Shown in pieces: positions 1 to 11,191 of a DNA stretch of 64,000 bases. The position numbers and the translations under genes are program-made. The DNA comes from Octopus sinensis (Eukaryota). The notes below the pieces were generated by a model. The model saw only the letters and a list, made by a program, of their open reading frames with translations, did no database searches and was not told where the DNA came from. Each line of letters begins with the position of its first letter. The stretch's first letter is position 1. Where the stretch lies: positions 41,106,001 through 41,170,000 of the forward strand of contig NC_043006.1 of assembly GCF_006345805.1 (NCBI RefSeq), written 5' to 3'.

Positions 1-138
1 AAATCTCGATTCCTCAGCGGAATTATATGCATTATAAACTCAAAACTTTCTGAGAAGCTTCGTCAAAATGATTTTATCGTGGTTCATTCATAGTGATTAT
101 AGGCACAGACATGATTCTGTATTTAAGAATCTCGGTTT

Positions 139-266
139 GGTACCATGTGATTTCAAGTTCAGTTTCACTACCCGGCACCATGGGAAAATGTCTCCCTGCT
201 ATGGCCACGAGTCGACCAACTCCTTGTGACTGAATTTGGTAGACAAAAACTGTGTGAAAGCCCATC
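139..266 (+). mobile_element. Degenerate 5' half of CORE-type SINE (family B)
   Basis: ccttgtgactgaatttggtagacaaaaactg..aagcccatc matches the family B copies at 5920, 37818 and 63471. Confidence 0.55.
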
Positions 267-356
267 ATATATATATATATATTCTTTTATTCTTTTACTT
301 GTTTCATTCATTCATTTGACTGTGGCCAAGCTGGAGCACCACTTATTTATTATTTA

Positions 357-360
<4 letters not shown>

Positions 361-405
<45 letters not shown>

Positions 406-480
406 CACATACGGGTATGTTGTTTACTGTTGGTGACGTCCTGTACCCATATACATGCGTATGTATGCACGTATGTATAT

Positions 481-530
<50 letters not shown>

Positions 531-636
531 CTATATATTTATACACGTACACACACACTACACGCATATATATACAAACACACATATTATTTATATTGCT
601 ATTTAATTGAACGTCACACATCCATTTCCAAGTAAG

Positions 637-665
<29 letters not shown>
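361..665. repeat. Compound (AT)n/(CA)n microsatellites
   Basis: Direct reading. Confidence 0.9.
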
Positions 666-668
<3 letters not shown>

Positions 669-943
669 TATGTAAATGAATTGTTAAAAAGTTAAAAGTG
701 TGTAGTGTTACATTAAATAATATGTTCCAAAAATTTAAATAGACACACAACGAAAACTTCACGTATATGATGTTGCTAATTACTCGTCAGTTATCGTCCA
801 ACAGATCATAACAATTCATATTTATTTATTTATTTATTTATTTATTATAGATATAGGGTAAAAATTAACAATTTTACCAAGTCGTTGGTAATGGAAAAAC
901 CATTATCGGTAAAAAACTTATACAAAATGTTTTTTTTATACTT

Positions 944-1146
944 ATAAACATAATTAAGGGATTAGCAAAAGTTGCTTCATCATATATCAAAATTTAGAAA
1001 TAACAGTCAAAAACTACCAATTCTTCTACTACAAAATAACTCTCAGTGGAGATATTTTGTAGAGAGAAGATTAGTAGATTTTGACTGCTATTTCTAAATT
1101 TCGGTATGTGCTGAAGCAACTTTTGCTAATCTCTTATCATGTTTAT
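944..1146. repeat. Diverged fold-back inverted repeat with ~95-bp arms
   Basis: 944-1038 is the approximate reverse complement of 1053-1146 (gattagcaaaagttgcttca / tgaagcaacttttgctaatc; aaatttagaaata / tatttctaaattt). Confidence 0.85.
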
Positions 1147-1148
1147 AT

Positions 1149-1193
<45 letters not shown>

Positions 1194-1219
1194 ATATCTA
1201 ATATATACAGATACAGACA

Positions 1220-1251
<32 letters not shown>

Positions 1252-1780
1252 ACACATATATATATATATATATCTATATATAATGTATATAACATATATT
1301 CAGATGAATATGGTACTTAAGTTAAAGGCACTAGTATTTAGTATGTTATTATCTATATAATTCAAAATGGGGTGATTATAATCAAAATAATCATCAAGGA
1401 TAATTGAGCAATGCAAACATTACATCAATTTAAAATGTAGAGCAATCTTCAGCTGCATAAATTATATAGAATTTAGTTAAATTCGAAGGATTCATTTGTA
1501 TAGTCTCCTTTTTATCCAAAATCCCAAAGGGGGTAAGTACATGGACAAAGAGCATGTTTTATCAACAGTATCACAGTAAATATATTTGATCGATATTGAC
1601 AGTTTTGAAGGCAGAGGTGGCTTTTAATTACAAATCATAAGTTTTAATGGTAGAACTCGAAGTAGATAACGCTATAAATACCAACAATCGTTAGCAGAGA
1701 TTACGAGCACAACAATCGGGCTAGTCGAAGCTCAGTATCTGAAGCGTGCATCGGGGTTTTTAATTGAATATTTACATGCT

Positions 1781-1880
1781 NNNNNNNNNNNNNNNNNNNN
1801 NNNNNNNNNNNNNNNNNNNNNNNNNNNNNNNNNNNNNNNNNNNNNNNNNNNNNNNNNNNNNNNNNNNNNNNNNNNNNNNN
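1781..1880. other. Assembly gap (100 N)
   Basis: Run of N. Confidence 1.
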
Positions 1881-2015
1881 CTGCGATTGAAGCGAATTTG
1901 GCAAGTATTTCAGTCAGGTCAAGTTACCACAAAGATGCTCCTTCACGAATGTATAAAACAGTGCAGCAGATTGAATTTTATAAATAAATGGTTATACAGC
2001 TACTGTCACAAATAC

Positions 2016-2530
2016 CCACCTAACTACCTACCTGCCTGCCTGCCTACCTACCTACATACCTACCTACCTTCCTTCCTCCCTCCCCCCTCCCTACCTACCT
2101 ACCTACTTACCTAGTTACCTACCTACCTACCTACCTACCTACCTACCTACCTACCTACCTACCTACCTACCAACTTAGCTAGCTACCTACCTACCTACCC
2201 ACTGACCTATCTCCCTATCAACTTAGCTACCTACTGACCTACATACCTGCCTTCCTGCCTACCTACCTAATTACCTACCAATTTAGCTACCTACAAATTT
2301 AGCTACATACCTTCCTACCTACCTACCAACTGACCTACCTGCCTACCTCCTGCCTGCCTACCTACTTACCTACCTACCAACGTAGCTACCTACCTATCTA
2401 TCTTCCTACCAACCTCTTTTCCTACCTACCTACCTACCTACCTACCTACCTACCTACCTACCTACCTACCTACCTACCTACCTACCTACCTACCTACCTA
2501 CCTACATACATACATATATACATACATATA
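2016..2530. repeat. (CCTA)n degenerate tetranucleotide array ending in (CATA)n
   Basis: Direct reading. Confidence 0.9.
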
Positions 2531-2553
2531 ATCTGGAAAAGCTGGTGTCTTTA

Positions 2554-3796
2554 TTAGGTTGTTCCGAAAATAATGGCCGCTCGAAGTGTTGTGTTTTGAA
2601 ACGCAATTTTATCATAGTATTTTAATTATATTTTAGGTAATTTTCGATATACTTAATAATTGATGAATGCTCTTTAATAATGTTTTACTTATTTCAGACA
2701 GAAAACATTCTTGAAGCATAGGCGCCCTTAATTATGAATATGACAAAAAAGGACCTTCGCTTATTTTCCTCGAGCACAATGCCTCCCAAACTGCTACCAA
2801 TATGAACAAAGCATGGGGAGAGGGGTCCACAAGTGATCGCACAGTACGAAGGTTGTTTCAGAAATTCTGAAGTGGTGATGAGAGCCTTGAAGATGAAGGT
2901 AGAGGACGGTCATGCAGTCTTGACAATTGTTGAACAAAACTCACGTCAAAGTGTCAGAGAAATGTCTCAGGCACTTGGTGTCAGTACTGCAACGGTCTCC
3001 AGCAATCTGCAGAAGATTGGTAAGGTGAAAATCTCGATAAATGGGTACCACATGAGCTCAATGAAAACCAAAAAGTTTGGTGTTTTGAAGTGTGCGTGAT
3101 GCTCTTTTTGTGAAACACCATTGATCCTTTTCTTGACCGAATAGTTACTTGTGACGAAAAGTGGATCAATTATGATAACCGTAAACGAACAGGTCAATGG
3201 CTTGATCGTGATGGCTCCTCCAAATATTTCCCAAAGCCAAAATTGCACCAGCAAAAGATGGTGATTGTCTGGTGGTCTGCAATTGGTGTTATCCATCACA
3301 GCTTTCTGGAAGCCAATCAGAGCATTACAGCAGAGGTTTACTGCAATCAACTCGCTGAAATACATGCTCACTTGCAAAAAATGATATCTGCATTGGTGAA
3401 TCGGTGTGGACCAATTCTGCTTCACAATAAGGCTAAGCCACATGTTACAAGAATGACGCTGCAGAAACTCACAGATTTGGGAAACGAAACTTTACCACAT
3501 CCTCCGTATTCTCCTGATCTTTCACCTGCTGACTACACTTTTTTAAGCATTTAAATACGTTTTTAAGCGATAAAACTTTCAGGTCCAAACCAGAAATGGA
3601 ATCAACTTTCAAAGATTTCTTAGCATCAAAACCAATTAGTTTTTATCAACGAAGCATAAATAATCTCGTTGATCGATGGCAGAGATGCAAAGCTGTTTAC
3701 GGCTCATACTTCGACTAAGGAAAACATTTCTATCGTTAATTTTTCCAGAATAAAATTATATTTCTCAAACCAGCCATTATTTTCGGAACAACTTAA
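2554..3796 (+). mobile_element. Full-length decayed mariner transposon (Hsmar1/cecropia-like)
   Basis: 24-bp TIRs ttaggttgttccgaaaataatggc / gccattattttcggaacaacttaa (1 mismatch) with TA target duplication. Frameshifted transposase carries IVTCDEKW, a WVPHEL-like segment and HPPYSPDLSPADY; the second catalytic motif is degraded to HNKAKPH. Confidence 0.95.
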
Positions 3797-3995
3797 TAGA
3801 GGAGAAATCAACCAGCTAACATACATATTAGAAATATAATCTGTAAGTATAACAATAAAAATATGCAAGTCTTTCGTCAAGTTCAAAATGTTAATTTGTT
3901 TTTGTCATCTACATTCTGGCGATGGTGCTTTTTACCTTTGTTAGAAGCTATCTCCTTCCTTACAGCAAAATTTTAACTGATAGAATAAAACACGT

Positions 3996-4088
3996 ACATA
4001 CATACATACATACATACATACATACATACACATACATACATACATACATATATACATACATACATACATACATACATACATACATACA

Positions 4089-4119
<31 letters not shown>

Positions 4120-4122
4120 GTG
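3996..4122. repeat. (TACA)n microsatellite
   Basis: Direct reading. Confidence 0.95.
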
Positions 4123-5104
4123 CATGCATATATAACCAAAACTTGTAACTCGGAAACAATTCGTTAATTCACTCTCTTCTACCAATCATTCCATTCTCCA
4201 TCAGTTACACATGCCAACTCCTTTCTTAAATAACCCATAAAACGCAACCTCTCGCACAAACCACCTTTCTCTGGGAAATCACGGTTCCAGTACTTATAAT
4301 GCAGAATAAATGTATATCCTAAAACCAATATACTCACCAGCACCCGTGAAAGATTTCATTTTTAAAAACTCCTCTTAAGCCCTTTGTTACCAACTCTTCC
4401 TACACCTCCTTATCATTGCAGAATATAAAAGCACCCAAGATGGCAGACATTCGCATAATCGTGTTTAAATCAAAATATTGATGTAAATGTTTTACTGCAT
4501 TAGTGATAACAAGTGATTTCACTCGATAAAACCTGTTCATAAGCGTGAATTTTCTGATTTCAGAATTTGGGGGGGTTATTTTTTTTACCAAATCTAGTTT
4601 TTATTTTTAACATTCTGATCCACGCCATTTTTTTTCTAAATGTCATATAAATTCATATAAGTGTCATATTGCGTAGTAGCAATTGTGAATTTGAAGGAAA
4701 TTCGAATGCAGCAAATAAACGAAGTACATCAAGCATAAAATGTAATGGCGTTTGAACCGGATGTTTAAATTTCCGAGTGTAAACACCCGGGACAGCCGTA
4801 GAGATGCGATGATTTCCAGAAGGAAAATGTCATTGACCTGTTAAAAATACTTCATTTCGCTAAACTTCTGAAGCAACCAGACCAAATCCAGGCAGTTATT
4901 CTACTGGCTCAAAATCCACTGAATACTCATTGTTATTCAATTCAAGTAAATCCTTATAAGAACGAATACAATAATTGCTAAGCAAAAAGTAATCAGAAGA
5001 AGAAAAGAAAGGAGAAAAAAACTGGAAGAAATAAGGGCCTATTTGCGATCTATAACAAGCACATATAATATAATATAATAAATTATAATATAATATAATA
5101 TATA

Positions 5105-5210
5105 TTGTTGTTTGTTCCTTCTCGAGCCATATATGGCTCGTAAGAGCCGGTTGTCCCGGTTTCATTGGCGTATAGGTTCCCCACGTGGACGGCATGCCAG
5201 TCCGTCGCAA
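5105..5210 (-). mobile_element. 3' tail fragment of SINE family C (RTE-like tail), inside a (TAATA)n array
   Basis: Matches the tail of the 58647-58951 copy (ttgtttgttccttctc..gagcc..ccggtt..cccggtttc). TAATA repeats lie on both sides. Confidence 0.6.
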
Positions 5211-5459
5211 TAATATATGATATCATGTAATATAATATAATACAATATAATGTAATATAATATAATATAATATAATATGAAATATAACTCATTTATATAT
5301 TTCAATAAAGATGTATATGAATACATATAATACTACACAAAGAAATGCAATATACTTTGATACTTTGATACTTTGATAGGTTTCGGCCATTATTGGCCCA
5401 GGCCATGTCTAACTTAATAGCACCACCTGGTGCTATTATATATATATATATATATGTAT

Positions 5460-5590
5460 ATTTATTATATAGAAGGAGCTTCTAGAGACTAGAACTGTTT
5501 CATTCAAGAGAAATCATCAGGAAGCTTCCTGATGATTTCTCTTGAATGAAACAGTTCTAGTCCTGTAGAAGCTCCTTCTATATAATAAAT
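5460..5590. repeat. Near-perfect 131-bp palindrome with no spacer
   Basis: 65/66-nt arms centred on gaag|cttc (5524/5525), with one small mismatch/indel. Confidence 0.95.
5523..5573 (+). ncRNA. Type I hammerhead ribozyme-like motif
   Basis: Stem I AGCUUC/GAAGCU, core CUGAUGA (5529-5535), weak stem II UUC/GAA, GAAA, stem III CAG/CUG, GUA cleavage triplet (A5567). Confidence 0.5.
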
Positions 5591-5713
5591 TAATTTTACT
5601 CTGCTATGTATTGAGTACCTTATTTACTGTGGTTAACCCCGAATCAACCCGGGACCTACATATATATGTATATATATATATGTATATGTATATATATATA
5701 TGTATATATATAT

Positions 5714-5745
<32 letters not shown>

Positions 5746-5831
5746 ATATATTATATATGCATATATATATATACATATATATGCATAATATATATATACT
5801 ATATGTATACAATATACATACACACACGCTC

Positions 5832-5862
<31 letters not shown>

Positions 5863-5919
5863 CACACACATATATACACACGCACACATATTTCCAAACA
5901 AGTACATAGAAAAAGACGC

Positions 5920-6273
5920 TTGTGTAAAAAGCTTGCTTCCCGACCAGATGGTTCCGGGTTCAGTCCCACTGCGTGGTACTTCGGGTAAGTGTCTTCTACT
6001 ATAGCCTCGGGCCGACCAAAGCCTTGTGAGTGGATTTGGTAGACGGAAACTGAAAAAATCCCGTCGTGTATATATATATGTTTGTACGTCTGTGTTTGTC
6101 CCCCCCGCCATCATATGACAACTGGTGTTGGTGCGTTTACGTCTCCGTAACGTAGCGTTTCGGCAAAAGGAACCGATAGAATATGTACTAAGCTTACAAA
6201 GAATAAGCGCTAAAGGCGGTGCTCCAGCATGGTCGCAGTCAAATGACTGAGACAAGTAAAAGAATAAAAGAAT
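5920..6273 (+). mobile_element. CORE-type tRNA SINE (family B)
   Basis: B-box gggttcagtccc, CORE-like gtggtacttcgggtaagtgtcttc, internal (AT)n, and (AAAAGAAT)n tail. Confidence 0.85.
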
Positions 6274-6515
6274 ATATTGTCTGAATCGTCATCAAAAAGA
6301 AGCCCCTACATCTAATTTGGAACTTCGAAGTATTCATCACATGATTGGTTATCTAATAAATGTTTAGTATTGTTGTTGTTGTTCTCGTTTAAATAGTTAT
6401 AAGCGAGGTCTTAACAGATTCATGCTCTAAAGCGATCAAGCTATGATCTCGCCATTCTTTTGTAGTTACATTTAAATTTCATACATAAGATACATTATGT
6501 CTTCCTTGTTTTAAG

Positions 6516-6760
6516 ACGTAATCCCTCGACTGTCGCGGTAGTTACGTTCCAAACCCCCCACGATAGGTGAATATCCACGAAATAGAAACAGTACTGTATG
6601 TATATTTTTATTATTTTTATAAGCTGTATATATCTATTTTATTATAAATGCAAAATGATACCACGGTGGAATCGACGTAAGCTTAAATAATAAACCGCGA
6701 TAGGTGAACTACGATAGGTGAACCGCGATAGATGAACCGCGATATGGCGAGCAATTATTG
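6516..6760. mobile_element. Tigger/pogo-like MITE
   Basis: Termini gtaatccctcgactgtcgcgg / ccgcgatatggcgagcaattattg followed by TA. A second copy lies at 54401-54587. Confidence 0.75.
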
Positions 6761-7149
6761 TAATACAACTGAGATTTGTCTGTCATTTCTAACGGCCATG
6801 TAATGGAGCCCCTGTTGGCTCAAGATGGACATTGTTTTCCAGTGTTACTTTAACGCGAAATGCATTAGAAGAAATTTATCATCTGGGACTGGTCAGTTAA
6901 ATCGCACTGCCCAGAATGTGTCACTCGCCCATTACAGAATATTTTGAGTAAGTCTTTGTTTCTCCGTCAAATTTGTGGTTTCAGTCAGAAAAGGGGGAAA
7001 AAAAAAGAAAAAAAGAAATACGAAGGAAAGAAGCATAAAATATTACATCAGCAAGTCTTCACCGATTGCATGATCTGTAATGCTCTACACCAATTACATT
7101 TCGCTTTTATCGTAGTTGGCAACAAAAGAGATTTTCTTCTAACTACACT

Positions 7150-7700
7150 GTCGACAACGACAACGATGAAGACGACGACGACAACAACAACAGCTACAAG
7201 CATATTTGGAAAGGGGGGGGAGAGGCAAATACAGAAAATGTACGAAAGGAGGAAATGGAGAAAGAGGGTGGGAAGAAAAGGTGTTGAAGATTAAAAGAAG
7301 ATAAAGAGTAAAAGAAGAGATTAAGGACACAAAAAAAAACATGCTCAAGAAAATGACGAAGAACAATAAGAAGAATGATACTAACAATCAGAATTACAAC
7401 GACAACAACAACAGCAACAATGATAATAACAAAGAGTTCAACCATAACAATAACAATAACAATAACAACAACAACAACAACCATAAAGACATCGCCCCAA
7501 CCACAAATACTAACAACAATAAAAATAAAGATTTCAACTATGGCAACAATAACCAGTGAGGCACCATCTCTACCACCACTGCCATCATGGCCACGAACAT
7601 AAAAAAACAACTATTTCAACAACAACAACAAAAACAGAAGCACCATCACCACCACCAACGGCGCCATCACCATCACCACCGCCACCACCAGCAAAGCTTT
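7150..7700. repeat. Cryptic (AAC)n/(AAT)n/(CAC)n low-complexity tract
   Basis: Direct reading. Confidence 0.85.
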
Positions 7701-7907
7701 GATTATTTGCAGTTTCCCATTGGGACAGAATATTTCTTCAATATTTTTCCTGATACATTCTCACAACACGCATATCATTTTTTTATGTTCTCTTTTCCTT
7801 GCAACTAAATGGATATAAGCAGAGCAATATTGTTGAATAGTTTGCTGTGTGACAACGTTGGATCGCATCATAGTTTCGGTAAAGAATGATATTGTTACAA
7901 ACTACTA

Positions 7908-8520
7908 AAAGCGGTGAGCTGACAGAATCGTTAGCACGCCGGGCGAAATGCGTAGCCGTATTTCGTCTGCCGTTACGTTGTGAGTTCAAATTCCGCCGAG
8001 GTCGACTTTGCCTTTCATCCTTTCGGGTCGATAAATTAAGTACCAGTTACGCACTGGGGTCAATATAATCGACTTAATCCCTTTGCCTGTCCTTGTTTGT
8101 CCCCTCTGTGTTTAGCCCCTTGGTGGTAGTAAAGAAATAGAAATAAGTATTTCGTCTGTCGCTACGTTCTGAGTTCAAATTCCGCCGAGGTCGACTTTGC
8201 CTTTCATCCTTTCGGGGTCGAAAAATTAAGTACCATTTACGCACTGGGGTCCATATAATCGACTTAATCCGTCTGTCTGTCCTTGTTTTTCTCCTCTGTG
8301 TTTAGCCTCTTGTGGTTAGTAAAGAAATAGGCATTTCGTCTGCCGTTACGTTCTGAGTTCAAATTCCGCCGATCGACTTTGCCTTTCATCCTTTCGGGGT
8401 CGATAAATTGATTAACAGTTACGTACTGGGGTCGATGTAATCACCTTAATCCCTTTGTCTGTCCTTGTTTGTCCCCTCTATGTTTAGCCTCTTGTGGGCA
8501 ATAAAGAAACAAGAAACGTT
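7908..8520 (+). mobile_element. tRNA SINE family A (Meta/MESC-like central domain): one head plus three tandem ~185-bp units
   Basis: A-box-like tgacagaatcgttagc. B-box gagttcaaattcc plus gaggtcgactttgcctttcatcctttcggggtcgataaattaagtacc recurs in units starting at 7958, 8147 and 8331. Confidence 0.9.
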
Positions 8521-9655
8521 ATCACACCTTACCACCTTAAAATATACAAAAATATTAAAATCAGAATCGAATGCCCTTTTACGAACCTCCACAGTTCAAT
8601 GAATCACTATTTGTGCGTTTTCAAATGGAGGAGACAACAATTTTCCCTTGGATAAACAACTCCTAACTAGCAGCTAACATTACTATCGAATGTGTATGTA
8701 TAAACATTTTTGTGTGTGCACAAGTTAGACAAGCTTGAGAGTCGAGCAGATAACCTTGTTAAATTTGCGATGCTGAAAGTATCGGCAGTTGTAAATTACT
8801 CTTACACCTAAGGTATTTATTCACAGCTAAACAGACACCAGCATTAAGAGATAAATGCTTTGGAGATGTGCACATTCGGCGCTGGTGAGAGAATAGGAAA
8901 CGCGTGTTTATTGGATTGCTGTCGTATATTATATTAACCCAGCCATCTTCGCTGGCAGAAAGGAAAAGTACATCAATCCAACAGCGAAACAAAAAAAAAA
9001 AAAAAAAGATGCAACACTGATATTATTTTCCTTTCTAAAAACTTCATTCAAACATGGGAGCTAAATCTAAATAACAGGTTCAGATTTCCAAGCTCTTAGC
9101 AAAGGAAGATGTCTTCAGAGGTGTTCGCTTCCCATAAAAAAATACAGATCCCTACATGTAATGTCGACTGCAATGAATGTCGTTTTACACCATATAGACG
9201 AAATCTCCACACACCCCATTGCTCAACTGATGGCTGATTTGAATTCAATAATGCTTCGAAATTGCCATTTTTGTTGACTGTTTAATATATTTTTGTTGAC
9301 TGTTTAATATATATAATATTTGTAGAAGACTCAGGCATGGTTGTGTGGTTAAGAACCTCGCTTTGGATCAATATACATATATATTATATACTGATCCGTG
9401 ATACAAAATTCAACAAAGAAAGTTCTCCAAGTATTCGTTTATGAGTTTGTGTTGCAAGATTCCTGATGTGAAGACGTGTATTGAAACAAATATTGTATTT
9501 CGGGACGGTCATTTTTTTTTTGCCATATAGATACACGCACTATATATTCGTTCATCACTCGTTTATTACAGTTCTTATTCCAATTCATGTTCATTGTCCT
9601 CAGCGACACTTTCCGTCTTCGTGTGTGCTCTTGCTCTGCAATTTCCCATTCTGTT

Positions 9656-9734
<79 letters not shown>

Positions 9735-9983
9735 AAAGAGGGCAACAAACATTAAGGTAAGGCAAACATGTCGTGTACAATATTATTATTGGAAAAAATT
9801 CAAAACCTTACAACTGTTTTTGGGATATTCCCGAGTATGGGATATTCCGTCGTCAGAGACAAATAGGGAAAAAGAGAATGGTATATGTTAATGAGATGAC
9901 GACATAGAGGAAGGGAGTAAAAGAATAAGGAAATGGAAAATAAGAGTTAAAAAGAAGCATAAAATTTCATAGTTCCAACTTAC

Positions 9984-10048
9984 CGATGTTGTAGAAAGAA
10001 GAGAAGTTGTTAGGTGCAATCTTGCGTAGAACCATGTGGGTTAAAATC
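9984..10048 (-). other. Candidate 65-nt exon of an unidentified gene
   Basis: Acceptor tttttctctgatgtttactatctcag, donor cg|gtaagt, and a single open frame ILTHMVLRKIAPNNFSSFYNI. No homology recognised. Confidence 0.2.
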
Positions 10049-10242
10049 CTGAGATAGTAAACATCAGAGAAAAAAGACTCGAAGATATCAACGTTCAATC
10101 ACCTGTGAACTAAACCCCCATACTCTGTATATTCTCTCAGAACGTATTGACAGACGAAATGCCATTGAGCGTTTTTCTCCTCTGTTTTCTCCCTCTCTTT
10201 CCTTCATTTTCCCTCCCGTATTATTTTTACCACACACACACA

Positions 10243-10282
<40 letters not shown>

Positions 10283-10295
10283 ACACACACACATA

Positions 10296-10861
10296 TTGGA
10301 TTGTCCGGAAAGTTCGTGCCGATTTATAGTAGCTTAACTTTCGACTTATTTTAGAACATGTTTGAGTCCACAAAATAGGATTTGACTACACCTCCATTTA
10401 TAGCACAGTTTAAGCTATCTTTTCGTGGTAGAAGTTTTATGTTCCTATAACCTGTGTTAATTCTGTATCCCTTTAAAATGGAAGATAAGAAAGTTCATTT
10501 TTGGCACTTGAGGATTTGGGAACCGGACAAAAATTGCTTCAGTTCGGCTGGGGTGTGTTACCCCATCCTCCATATTCACCAGATATTGCTCCTTAGGATT
10601 TCCACTAATTCAAGTCTCTGCAGAATAGTCTTAATGGTAAAAATTTCAATTCCTTGGATGACGTAAAAAGATACCTTGATGAATTCTTTGCCATGAAACC
10701 ACCTCAATTCTGGGAAGAGGGTATTTTCAAGTTAAAGGAAAGATGGAGACGCATTGTGCAACAAAATGGTTCTTATTTGGTTGATTAAAAATGTAATAGC
10801 AAGTATTTATTGACCTTTTTCTTTCCATTAAAAATCGACACGAACTTTCCGGACAACCCAA
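10296..10861 (+). mobile_element. Internally deleted mariner (566 bp)
   Basis: ~30-bp TIRs ttggattgtccggaaagttcgtgccgattt / aaatcgacacgaactttccggacaacccaa with TA TSD. MEDKKVHFWHL start is fused to the C-terminus HPPYSPDIAP..ERWRRIVQQNGSYLVD*. Confidence 0.92.
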
Positions 10862-11075
10862 TATATATACGTACGTTCTCTTCGGTGGAGGCTGCTTCAA
10901 AATCAAAGAGAGGTAGGGAGAAAGAGGGAGGGAGAGAGAGAGAGAAAGAAAGTGAGTACTTAAAGGGAGAGAATCACTTCTGTGTTTTATTTTTTCTCTC
11001 GCTTTATGTTGAGAAATTCCTATGAGATTGAAATGTAGAAAGAGGAAAGAGCATACATATTTTTCATATGATTCT

Positions 11076-11085
<10 letters not shown>

Positions 11086-11128
<43 letters not shown>

Positions 11129-11152
11129 TCTTCTTCTTCTTCTTCTTCTTCT

Positions 11153-11183
<31 letters not shown>

Positions 11184-11191
11184 TTATTATT
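11086..11191. repeat. Compound (ATC)n(TTC)n(TTA)n
   Basis: Direct reading. Confidence 0.95.

Larger units (their letters stand above)
5380..5650. mobile_element. Penelope-like pseudo-LTR-derived sequence
   Basis: Contains a fold-back with CTGATGA..GAAAC cores, plus a second degenerate GGCC-aataat-GGCC-GAAAC motif on the minus strand at 5380-5402. Class assignment is inference. Confidence 0.5.

Noticed and set aside
1701-2114. ORFs spanning 1781-1880
   Set aside because: Artefacts of translating through the N gap.
4180-4460. Minus-strand open segments (YWNRDFPEKGGLCERL; EELVTKGLRGVFKNE) near a GTGAGT
   Set aside because: Short, unrecognised, weak acceptors, and no consistent exon model.
7908-8520. 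Regularly spaced repeats as a CRISPR-like array
   Set aside because: Units are whole ~185-bp SINE bodies with no unique spacers, in a eukaryotic context without cas genes.
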